The notes under the pieces were generated by a model, which was not told the origin of the DNA, ran no database searches, and saw only the letters and a program-made list of their open reading frames with translations. From assembly GCA_951406725.2 (NCBI GenBank), contig OX597830.1, positions 63,922,001 through 63,986,000 on the forward strand: 64,000 nucleotides of DNA, written 5' to 3'. Positions within the stretch are counted from its first letter, which is position 1. Every line of letters begins with the position of its first letter. Shown here piece after piece: positions 1 through 10,345 of this stretch. Source of the stretch: Octopus vulgaris. Taxonomy: Eukaryota. The position numbers and the translations under genes are program-made.

Positions 1-279
1 GATTTTCCACAGCGAGATGCCCTTCCTGATGCCAGCCTTCACTTGTTTCCAAGCAAGGTGATATTTCCTCATGGCCAGACATGTCTTTGTGGAAGATTGG
101 AAGCAAGCAGCACAGCTTGTATGATGGTGACACTCATTTACAACGATCACGTAACATCAAGTTATCAAGAAACAGACACACAGATCTCAAACACATGATG
201 GGTCTCCATTCAATATGCATCTACCAAAATTCATGGACAAGCTTCTTAACCATACAGCCATGCCTGTGCCTACATAATC

Positions 280-585
280 ATTCAGTTGAGATCAACCCTG
301 ACACCTGGGAAACGCAAGCACAAGACCACCATGCCTGGCAAAGCTGCACCAACAGAGGTGTCACCTTCTACGAACAGAACAAGATTGTAGGGGCACAAAG
401 AGAATGCAAGATGTGCAAGTCCAGAGCTAAACCCTTGCCTTCAGTCTCAATAAACCACCAGCACCCGACCTGTGGAAGAGCCTTCCAATCATGCATTGGA
501 CAGATTGACCACAGCCAGGCACACCATGCCCTGACTTCTTCACCTGTGTATTGTCTTTGGTCATAACTGATAATGACAGATATAA
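280..585 (+). mobile_element. RTE/BovB-type LINE, decayed 3' end
   Basis: ORF 81..566 contains INPDTWETQAQDHHAWQSC...FYEQNKI...PTCGRAFQSCIGQIDHSQAH, a degenerate version of the RTE C-terminal (CxxC...H...H) region. Confidence 0.75.
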
Positions 586-604
586 TAATAAAAATTAAAA
601 TGGT

Positions 605-937
605 GACCCCCTTCGGTCAGACACTGACCATGGGTTTGCACCTAGAGAGTTACTCTCTGAGGCACAAGTCTGGGCAAGGTTGTTTTATGGAAGACCAGCA
701 GTCGCCCATGCATACCGGCCTCCCCTCTCCACGTCACTGATGTCCAAGGGAAAAGCAAGGGCCGATACAGCTTAGCACCAGTGACGTCACAACTCATTTC
801 TACAGCTGAGTGAACTGGAGCAACGTGAAATAAAGTGTCTTGCTCAAGAACACAATGCGTAGCCCGGTCTGGGATTCAAGCTCACAACCTCACGATCATA
901 AGCTCGACGTTCTAACCACTGAGCCACGTGCCTTCAC
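605..937 (-). mobile_element. tRNA-derived SINE, family D (other copies ~13646-13971 -, 19465-19710 +, 30335-30660 +, 46126-46447 -, 56732-57063 -)
   Basis: Reverse complement starts with tRNA-like A/B boxes (gtggctcagtggttag...gcttgaatccc); the body recurs at least 6 times in the window. Confidence 0.85.
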
Positions 938-1229
938 AAAAAAAAATTAAAATAATAATGATAATAATAATAATAATAATAATAATAATGGTTTCAAATT
1001 TTGCAACAAGGGTAGCAATCTTGGGTGGGGGTGGGGGGATGAGTTGATTACATTGACCCAGTACTCAACTGGAACTTATTTCATCGACCCTGAAAGGATG
1101 AAATGCAAAATTGACCTTGGCAGAATTTGAACTCAGAATGCAGCAGCAGAAGAAATACCGCTAAGCATTTCACCTAGCGTGCTAACGATTCTGCCAGCTT
1201 GCCAACTTAATAATGATAATAATAATTAT

Positions 1230-1807
1230 TTCGTTTATTGGCCACAAGGGCTAACAAAAATCAATTATAACATTTAGGGACAAAACATAGGATGAAAGTT
1301 ACAAAGGGTTTTTATCCGTTTGAAAAATCCGTGTAAAAAACAGTGTAACAATAAAAAAATATTTAACAATGAAAAACTCCCAAAAGGGGGAGGTGCTTCG
1401 AAAGGTTACTCATGGAAAAACCCATAAAAGCCACGGTCAAAAGGGGGGTAGAGAGCCCCTTTCTCCTTTTGTAATACCTTTTTATATTACAGGTTTATCT
1501 TCAGAATTGGTCCGTTCATACTGGCCATTCTTGCGACATTCCCCCACCTTTCAATAAACTTGCTACCAGACAGAACTTCCCTCTCTACTCTCACCTTCCT
1601 TTTCAAGTGAAACTTGAAAAAGTTCATGAGGCCTTGGCCAAAGAGGAAAGTGTCTGACCTTAGCCCTTTCAAACGGGTCCACCATATCACCTCTTTCGTT
1701 ACAGCCACTAGGCAAAGGAAAACTGCCTTGCCCTCCTGGCTAAAGGAGGTCGGCGGGGCAATCCTCACTATGGATTCAGTTGATAGCTGGATCCGTCCTA
1801 TACGCGA
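1230..1807 (-). mobile_element. L1/Tx1-like LINE 3' fragment (ORF2 C-terminus plus 3'UTR)
   Basis: Minus ORF 1487..1834 (RIGRIQLSTESIVRI...KEVIWWTRLKGL...FFKFHLKRKVRVERE...FIERW) resembles the Tx1/L1 ORF2 terminus; followed by a UTR-like segment and an AATAAA-type tail; 5' truncated. Confidence 0.6.
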
Positions 1808-2357
1808 CAGTAAGTCTGTCTTTGTCAAGTTCAAAATAAGAAGTGATAAAAATTCAAAATTATTGAATCACGCTCTTCGTCTTGACTGCTTACCTTTATG
1901 AAGAGCTACGTCAATCCTTTTTAAAATACCAGAACCAAGTAGATTGAGATGATTGATTTTATGGTACACAGAATAAGAATTGGATCATTCTGGAAGTTAT
2001 CAAAGCAGTTGGTTGTCTAAGGAAAATTGTAATGTAAATTACAGCTTTTGCATTTTATTCCTTCTTACAGTTGGCCTGTCAGCCCTGTTAGTTTTCTTAG
2101 ACACCCATGTTGAGTCCAATCCTGGGCCAATGGATTTTGTATCATTCAAATATTCAACGTGTGGACACTGGTTACTCTCGTTCATACTTTACGTTTAAAT
2201 TTCTGTAATTTTGAATTTTTATCACTTCTTATTTTGAACTTGACAAAGACAGACTTACTGTTGAAATATCGTTCAACCAATAAAATATCTTACAATCGAA
2301 TTGCGCTCTTCGCCTTGACTGTTTACCTTTGTGATGAGTTATGTCAATCCTTTTAGA

Positions 2358-3100
2358 ATCATCATCATCGTTTAACATCCATTTTCCATGCTAGCATGGG
2401 TTGGACGGTTCGACTGGGGTCTGGGAAGCCAGGAGGCTGCACCAGGCTCCAGTCTGATCCGGCAGTGTTTCTACAGCTGAATGCCCTTCCTAATGCCAAC
2501 CACTCCGTGAGTGAAGTGGGTGCTTTTTACGTGCCACCAGCACAGGGGCGAGAGGAGGCTGGCAACAGCCATGATTAGTTGGTGCTTCTTACATGCTACT
2601 GGCACGGACGCCAGTCAAGGAGGTGCAGGCATCGGCCACGTTTGGATGGTGCTTGACCACTGACCACCTCATCTCATGTCTTCCTGGGTCTACCGCTACC
2701 CTGGATTCCTTCATCTGTATATAATATAATAATAAAAATCCTTTCTACTATGTATCTGTTTCTTGATAACTTGATGTTACGTGATCGTTGTAAATGAGTG
2801 TCACCATCATACCTGGCACGGGTATCACAACTACAATTTCCATTGGATTTTAATTTTGACATTGATGTACTTGACTCAATAGGTCTCCTCAAGCACAGCA
2901 GGTTGCCCTACGATCCAAGGTAAGCACAGCAGGCCATCCTGTGAGCCATGAACTCACTTCATTTGTCGGGACTTCACAGTCACAGCATATCTCCAGTCTT
3001 TTGTCATTGCCTCTGTGAGGCCCAACGTTCGAAGGTCATGCTTGACCACCTCATCTCATGTCTTCCTGGGTCTACCTCTACCCCGGATTCCTTCAACTGT
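2358..3100 (-). mobile_element. RTE-LINE 3' end / RTE-tailed repeat with (GAT)n tail (relatives ~8895, 27293, 29980, 31035, 33013)
   Basis: Recurrent catcatcatcgtttaacrtccg...gcatgggttggacgg...ggatgcccttcctaatgccaacc motif; minus strand encodes RTE-like G.RGRPRKTW. Confidence 0.7.
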
Positions 3101-3342
3101 ATATAATATAATAATAAAAATCCTTTCTACTATGGGCACAAAGCCTGAAATTTGGTGGGAGGGAGGGGGAAGAGTGGTTAAGTCGATTACATCAACCTCA
3201 GTACACAACTGGTACTTAATTTATTGACCCAAAAGGATGAAAGACAAAGTCAACCATGGTGGAATTTGAACTCAGAATGTAATGATGGGCAAAATGCCTC
3301 CAAGCATTCCTTCCAGTATGTTAATGATTCTGCCAGCTTATC

Positions 3343-3375
<33 letters not shown>

Positions 3376-3721
3376 GTTTCAAATTTGCCACAAGGGCAGC
3401 AGTTTTGGGGGAGGGGATGAGTTGATTACCTTGACCCCAGTGTTCAACTGGTCCTTATTTTATCGACCCCGAAAAGGATGAAAAGTAAAGTCGACCTCGG
3501 AATAGTGATAATGATAACAAGAGTACAATACGATGTTAACATGTGTTTGTCATTATTCAGTTCCATATTTCTTTCAATTGCGAGAGGAAACAGGGGGAAA
3601 CAAGTCTGTGGTAAACAACATTGCTTTGTTGAGTGAAAGGGGCCTTTCAAAGCCCTGGGGGTGTCTGTGGGAACACTGTAGAATTGCATTGCTCAGTGTT
3701 TTTACGGGACACATTGAATGG

Positions 3722-4109
3722 AATGGAAGCACTCCATCGGTTACGACGACGAGGGTTCCGGTTGATCCGAATCAACGGAACAGCCTGCTCGTGAAATTAA
3801 CGTGTAAGTGGCTGAGCACTCCACAGACACGTGTACCCCTTAACGTAGTTCTCGGGGATATTCAGCGTGACACAGAGAGTGACAAGGCCGGCCCTTTGAA
3901 ATACAGGTACAACAGAAACAGGAAGTAAGAGTGAGAGAAAGTTGTGGTGAAAGAGTACAGCAGGGATCACCACCATCCCCTGCCGGAGCCTTGTGGAGCT
4001 TTAGGTGTTTTCGCTCAATAAACACTCACAACGCCCGGTCTGGGAATCAAAACCGCGATCCTATGACCGCGAGTCCGCTGCCCTAACCACTGGGCCATTG
4101 CGCCTCCAC
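3722..4109 (-). mobile_element. tRNA-derived SINE, family C (near-identical copy 15466-15850 +)
   Basis: tRNA-like head ggcgcaatggcccagtggttagg...gattcccagacc; about 390 bp shared at high identity between the two copies. Confidence 0.85.
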
Positions 4110-4230
4110 TACACATTGAATAATGTAGTTCTAGATACATCGTGACAGGAAAAAAGAAAAAAAAAATCTGTGATGGTCATGGCTAGAATGCCTTTGATCA
4201 CAGGTTTGTTCAATCAGGGCTGAAATAATA

Positions 4231-4460
4231 TGGCGTAATGGTTAAGAGCACAGGCTACTAACCCCCAACATTCTGAGTTCGATTCCAGTCAGTGACCTGA
4301 ATAATAATACTAACATCAGAAAAATACCTTAGGAATGAGAACCCAGGTACGAAATTTTCCCAGGACACCTGATGAAGGCTGGAGGGTATATCAGGAGAAA
4401 CATTGTGTTAACAAGAAACAAGATGAGGACAAATATCCGTCAAATGTAAATAATGTAAAT
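4231..4460 (+). mobile_element. tRNA-headed SINE-like element carrying a minimal hammerhead-like motif
   Basis: A box tggcgtaatgg (4231), B box gagttcgattcc (4275), then gacac-CTGATGA-a-ggctg...cagga-GAA-ACAT-T-gtgtt (4364-4409) and a repeated tgtaaat tail. Confidence 0.6.
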
Positions 4461-4759
4461 GTTTGTTGCCACAAGGAAGCTTTATATAAGGGTGTTAGGC
4501 CTGATAAAAATAGCAGCCAGATCACCCTCATTTTATACCGCTGATATTTCAAAGAAAAAAAAAATATGAAAGAAACATTAAGATACGTTTTTCATGTGTT
4601 ATAACACGGTTGGGTGGGGTGGGGGCAAGACGGGATGGTCATGGTTGGAATGTCTCTGATCATAGAATAAGTGTACTGTAGATCAGAACCACATTGGATT
4701 TCAACAACTCCCATCCACCGGCCCCACCCCCGCGCGTAACTAAAACGTCTTAAAAACAA

Positions 4760-4816
<57 letters not shown>

Positions 4817-5640
4817 AAGAGAACCAACCTTGATTGCTGACATGGTAAAATATTGTTATTATTATTAAATCCGTCACTCTTGAGGCAAATAAATAAACGA
4901 TTATTGTTGTTGTTGTTGTTGCTGTTTTTGTTATTGTTGTTAGTAAATCGTACAGGGTATCGGCTCCGAGGTCGATCGCCAAAGTACAGGTAAAAAAAAC
5001 CCCACCGGAAACGGGAGTAGGAAAGCCAAAGGGAGTTTGCAAAATAAAAACGAAAAAGGGCAAAAAAACAACAAAAAATATAAAAGGAAGAGAAAAAAAG
5101 AAGGGTTAAAAAAAGTGGGGGGTGCAATCCTAATCAGTAGAGGTCGGCAGAGGGTTTAACGAGGACGAGGGGCTCGGGTTTTCATATCCACACACATACA
5201 CACACACACACATATGTGTGTGTGACTGAATCGCCAAGAAAGGAACGCTTTTGTTTTTTTTTGTTTGTTTTTTTACTTTTGGGTTGGTTGTTTTTGTTTG
5301 TTTTTGTTTTTAGCAAAAGTAGCGTCAAATCGAAACAGTCAAATTTCCTTCAAGATTCGTTAACGTGTGGCTGTTGTTGTTGTTGTGCTGGTGCTGGTGG
5401 TGGTGACTGTGGTTGTTGTTGTTGTTGTTGTAGTTGCTGCTGCTGCCAGCGGTGTTGTTGTTGATGATGATGATGATCATAACCACGATGATGACGACAA
5501 CAGCGATGATGATGATGATGATGATGATGACGACGACGACGACGATGATAGCCGCGACGACAACAGTGATAATGATAATGATGGTGTTGCTGATGATGAT
5601 GATGATGATGATGATAATCGTAACGATTGCGGTTGTGCCG
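4760..5640. repeat. Compound microsatellite cluster (GA, TTG, CA, GAT/GAC)
   Basis: Directly visible simple repeats; source of the poly-D/Q/H/V/M ORFs. Confidence 0.9.
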
Positions 5641-6570
5641 CCTTATTTGCTCCGGCTCTTTACGACCCGAGTTCAAATCCCGCCGAGGTCAACTTAGCCT
5701 TTTTTTTTCCTTTTCTTTCGGGGGCGATATAATAAAAAGTAACCGGTCAAGTGCTGGAGTCGAAGGGTATCGACTGACACCCGTTCCTCGACAAAATTTC
5801 AAACCTTGCGTGTCAATGTTTTTGTCAAAGCCACCCTCCACCTCGACCCTTACTTTCCATAAAAGAAAATGCTTTTAACTTTTAACTTTATTATAATTTT
5901 TCCTAAATAATAAATGCAATATACGTCATCAACATGCAAAACTACATCGAAAGAACATTGTTTAAAAATTTCCAGATAAAAATCTGTGGCTGGGAGAAAA
6001 CGAAAAAGATCCTGGACCTATTCTTAGCATGCGCTTCTAGATAGGACACCAGTTGGGTGAGAGCTAGAGCCCTTGAGCCAGGATAATCCTAGATTTGTGA
6101 GGTTCTTTGATTAGCTCTAGTTGGGGGTTCTCCTGTATCATCCATATGTTCATATATTTTGTACACAATGTATCATACCGGTAATCTCGATTCCCTGTCG
6201 TCCTATCCCGTTCTTCCCTTCATCTTTTATGTAAACCCCACGGACAAATTGTTTAAAGTCCTTATGATGTTCCCCTGTGGCAAAAATGAGAAACCTTCAT
6301 CATTTCCATCATCATCATCGATGATGCTTCGAAGAGGTTATTGACGTTGGCTGCTACTCGGTTTAGTCATTGGACTACGGCCATGCTGGGGCATTGCCTT
6401 GAAGGGTTTTAGTCCGACCCCAGCACTCTTTTTTTCTTTTTTTTTTTTCCTTTTAAGTCTGGTACTTATCCTATCGGCATCTTTTGCAGAACCGCTAAGT
6501 TAGAGGAACGTAAACAAACCAACGCTATTTATCAAGCGGTAGAGAGGACACACATACACACAGACATAAA

Positions 6571-6617
<47 letters not shown>

Positions 6618-7009
6618 GAGTGATGAGGAAACAAAGTCGATGTAGTCAGACTTGTGTAGGTATCCTTACATACGCACACACACACATCATACATACATAC
6701 ATACATACATACATCCATACACGATGAGCTTCCACTGTTTCCGTTTACCAAATCCACTTAAAGGTAAATGGCGGACCTGGGGCTATAGTAAAAGACACAG
6801 CAGTTCCTTCATTATTATATATATATATTTTTTTCTTTGATAACAGAAGTGGAAGCAATAGAGAGAGAGAGAGAAAGAGTGAGTGAGTGGAAAGGGACGA
6901 TGAAGTGAGGTACAAGACTACAGACAGGATTCGATTCGATTCGATCCGGCAACCCCTGTGCATGTTTAAAAACAATGAGACAACGTAGTAAAACACAAAT
7001 TTTACTTAC

Positions 7010-7560
7010 AACCAGAGGGAGTGAGTGTGTCGGCCATGGATACATTAAACTAAATGTAACTGGGAACGAACCACCGATCCTTCGGTATCCGACTGACTCG
7101 GCCATTCGTAGTTCACTGATGTTGATGTTGTTGTTTGTAGTGGTGGTGGTGGTGGTGTTGTTGACGGTGGTGGTGGTGGAGGTGGTGGTAGTGGTGTTGG
7201 TGGTGGTGGTGGTGGCGGTGGTGACGGTGGTGGAGGCAGCAGCGGCGGCCGATATAGAGGAAGTGTTAGTTTTGTTGCACATCACGTTAGTATTGTTGTT
7301 GCTGTTGTCTGCCGTGTCATGACTACTGCGATGGTGATGGCGATGGTGGTGAAAGAGTTTGTATTACAGTTGAAGTGTGGTTGCTGTTGTTATTGTTGTT
7401 AAGGAAGGGGAAAGGGAAGAGGCGAAGGAGAAGGAGGAGGAGGAACGCGGTCGTCACGGTTTCGGGCAGCACGAGCGGAGGAGTTGAATAAACGAAACGT
7501 TCGCTCGGCGCTCCTTTGTCATGACCACCTCGTCTTTGTTGCAGGCAGACAATTTTACTC
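7010..7560 (-). other. Candidate 5' exon of an unidentified leftward gene (low-complexity, CpG-rich)
   Basis: Minus-strand donor CTGGTT|GTAAGT at 7010/7009; ATGs in MAESVGYRRIGGSFPV or tccATGG MADTLTPSG context; non-repeat CpG-rich flanks; no protein similarity recognised. Confidence 0.3.
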
Positions 7561-7883
7561 TGGCGGACCTTCATAATCAAGCAATGTTTGAAAAATCCTA
7601 TTACATTTTTTATATTTAAATATTGTCGGGAATTGTATTTAAAAAATCGTTAAAATATTTTGTGTACAGAAGAAGTATAAACGATCTCTTCTTGTAGATG
7701 AATTTTAATAACAAATCTTATATGGACCCAACTCCACAAGGGTCGTATGACCCCCGTTTAGAATCACTGCTGTAGATTAAGCCCGAAGTCACCTCTGACC
7801 GAACGGACTGATCATCAAAGCACGAAGAATTGAGGGTATGTTATGTTCAAGGAAGAAGTACAAGCAAAGAGACACCCTACACC

Positions 7884-8112
7884 TATTTCTTTATTGCCCA
7901 CAAGGGGCTAAACACAGAGGGGACAAACAAGGACAGGTATAGGTATTAAGTCGATTACATCGACCCCAGTGCGTAACTGGTACTTAATTTATCGACCCCG
8001 AAAGGATGAAAGGCAAAGTCGACCTCGGCGGAATTTGAACTCAGAACGTAACGGCAGACGAAATACCGCTAAGCATTTCGCCCGGCCTGCTAACGTTTCT
8101 GCCAGCTCGCCT
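7884..8112 (-). mobile_element. tRNA-derived SINE, family A (copies ~990-1205, 3120-3340, 11914-12150, 15869-16100, 20413-20845, 47635-48030, 49771-50003)
   Basis: ggcgagctggcagaaacgttagc head, B box gagttcaaattcc, conserved core gaggtcgactttgcctttcatcctttcggggtcgataaattaagtaccag. Confidence 0.9.
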
Positions 8113-8380
8113 TTACACCCTACACCATTGGATCAAAGACATTCCAGCAAAGACCATCTCGTCTTTTTCTTTTCCAGATGGACAATGAAATACACGGTCG
8201 CGTGCGCACACACACACACATACATACATACACATGCACCACTGTCTTTGACGTCCACGAAAGAACGTGTTAAACAGTGAAACACACACACACATACATC
8301 TTTTATGTTTTCACAAATCGTTAATGTATGTATGTGTATATATGAATATTTGTGTAAGTTTATATATGTATGTTCTATAT

Positions 8381-8792
8381 AGGCGCAGGAGTGGCTGTGT
8401 GGTAAGTAGCTTGCTAACCAACCACATGGTTCCGGGTTCAGTCCCACTGTGTGGCATCTTGGGCAAGTGTCTTCTGCTATAGCCCCGGGCCGACCAATGC
8501 CTTGTGAGTGGATCTGGTAGACGGAAACTGAAAGAAGCCTGTCGTATATATGTATATATATATAAGTGTGTGTGTATATATTTGTGTGTCTGTGTTTGTC
8601 CCCCTAGCATTGCTTGACAACCGATGCTGGTGTGTCTACGTCCCCGTAACTTAGCGGTTCGGCAAAAGAGACCGATAGAATAAGTACTGGGCTTACAAAG
8701 AATAAGTCCCGGGGTCGATTTGCTCGACTAAAGGCGGTGCTCCAGCATGGCCGCAGTCAAATGACTGAAACAAGTAAAAGAGTAAAGAGTAA
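8381..8792 (+). mobile_element. tRNA-derived SINE, family B, full length (copies ~11175-11535, 24185-24575, 49305-49753, 55213-55595, 56118-56566, 58862-59706, 59975-60298)
   Basis: Head ggcgcaggagtggctgtgtggtaag...gggttcagtccc, internal TA/TG microsatellite, tail gcatggccgcagtcaaatgactgaaacaagtaaaagag. Confidence 0.9.
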
Positions 8793-9059
8793 TAGGTCTC
8801 TGAGTAAGTTGAAAAATAATATTAAAGAAATAAAAATCTTTTACAGAAACTGCCGAACAAAATGTTTCAGATTGGTGATACCATCTCCGAAGAGTCATCA
8901 TCGTTTAACGTCCGTTGTCCATGCTGGCATGGGTTGGACGGTTTGATCAGAGCTGGTAAGCTGCATCAAACTCCAGTCTGATTTGGCATGGTTTCTAAGG
9001 CTGGATGCCATTCCTAACGCCAACCACTTTACTGCCACGAGTGCTTTTCACCACTAGAT

Positions 9060-10345
9060 GAGCAGTGCTAACACTTCTGCTGTGGAGTACAGGTCTTCTT
9101 GAGTACAGCAAGGCGCCAGGCATTTCGATCCCCTGAAAGGTTCACCGTCCTGAGGTCATTCTTCAGTACTTCCTCCGATGCCTTCCTGGGTCTGCAATTT
9201 CCACATGTTCCATCTACTTTGGGAGATCGGTGCTTCTTTATGGCATCCATCTGCATAACATGACCAAACTAGCGCAGTCTTCTCTCTTGCACACTAATTC
9301 CTCTTATGTGTAACTTTTCTCTCAAAACACTAGTACTCTGTCGAACATGTACACTTACATTACACATCCAGCGGAGCATACCAGCCTCATTCCTTTCTAA
9401 CCTTCGCATGTCCTCTGCATTTAGGGCCCACGTCTCACTACCATGTAGAAGTGTTGTCCGTACACATGCATCACAGAATTTCCCTTTCACTCGGAAAGAG
9501 AAGCTTTTCGTGGCCAACAGAAGTAACAGCTCTGAATTTCCTTCATCCTATTCTTATTCTAGCTATCACACTCTCCGTGCATCCTCCCACGCTACTAATT
9601 TGGTACCCTGGGTAGCAGAAATTATCGACTACCTCTAATGAGACCCCAGGGTATTTGAGAGAATCAATTTCCTGAGTCTCTAAAGTTTTTCTGGATCCTG
9701 TGCATTTCCACATACGAAAACCATCTTCTCTGATAACCTTTTTATTAATTGACCACACCTCTTGTGTGTCCATAGCTCACACTGGGTACACTGTATGAAG
9801 TCCCTGCCTACACCTTTCCTACAAATCAAACAGTACCACCTATCTGAGTGGGGTAGGGTCCTGTCAGTTTTCTTGCTTACGAGGACCTTAGTTTTTGCTA
9901 AGTTAACCTTAAGGCCCTTAAATTCCAAGTTTTGCTTCCACACCTGGAATTTCTCGTCTGGCTCAGATATAGAATCTGCTATGAAGGTAAGATCATGAGC
10001 ATATAGTAGCTCCCCAGGGGCCACCAGTCTTGAATTCTTCTGTTGTGGCCTGGCAGACAATGATGAAAAGGAGGGGACTAAGGACTGAGTCTTGATGGAC
10101 CCCTACCCTGTACACCAAATTCTTCACTGTACTCATAGTAAACTCTCACCTTACTAACAGTGACTTTGTACATGGCCTGTACAGCTTTCACCAGCCACTC
10201 GTCAATCCCTAGCCCCCTCGGAGCCCACCATATCACACAGCGGGGCATTCTATCAAAGGCTTTTCCTAGATTAACGAATGTTATGTATAATGGTTTATTC
10301 TCAGCTAAGTACTTCTCTTGCAGTTACCTGACAATGAAATAGCGC
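9060..10345 (-). mobile_element. Decayed RTE-clade LINE reverse transcriptase region
   Basis: Frameshifted ORFs with ELLYAHDL (degenerate YADD), GLKVNLAKTKVL, a Cys/His finger CLIC...CTQC...WTHKRC, and LLHGSETWAL...MLRWMC. Confidence 0.9.

Noticed and set aside
5216-5732. Poly-Asp, poly-Gln/His and poly-Met ORFs
   Set aside because: All frames are open only because of (GAT)/(TTG) repeats, and they run into a SINE fragment
8381-8460. tRNA-like sequences (here and at other SINE heads)
   Set aside because: A/B boxes continue into SINE bodies; no complete cloverleaf seen
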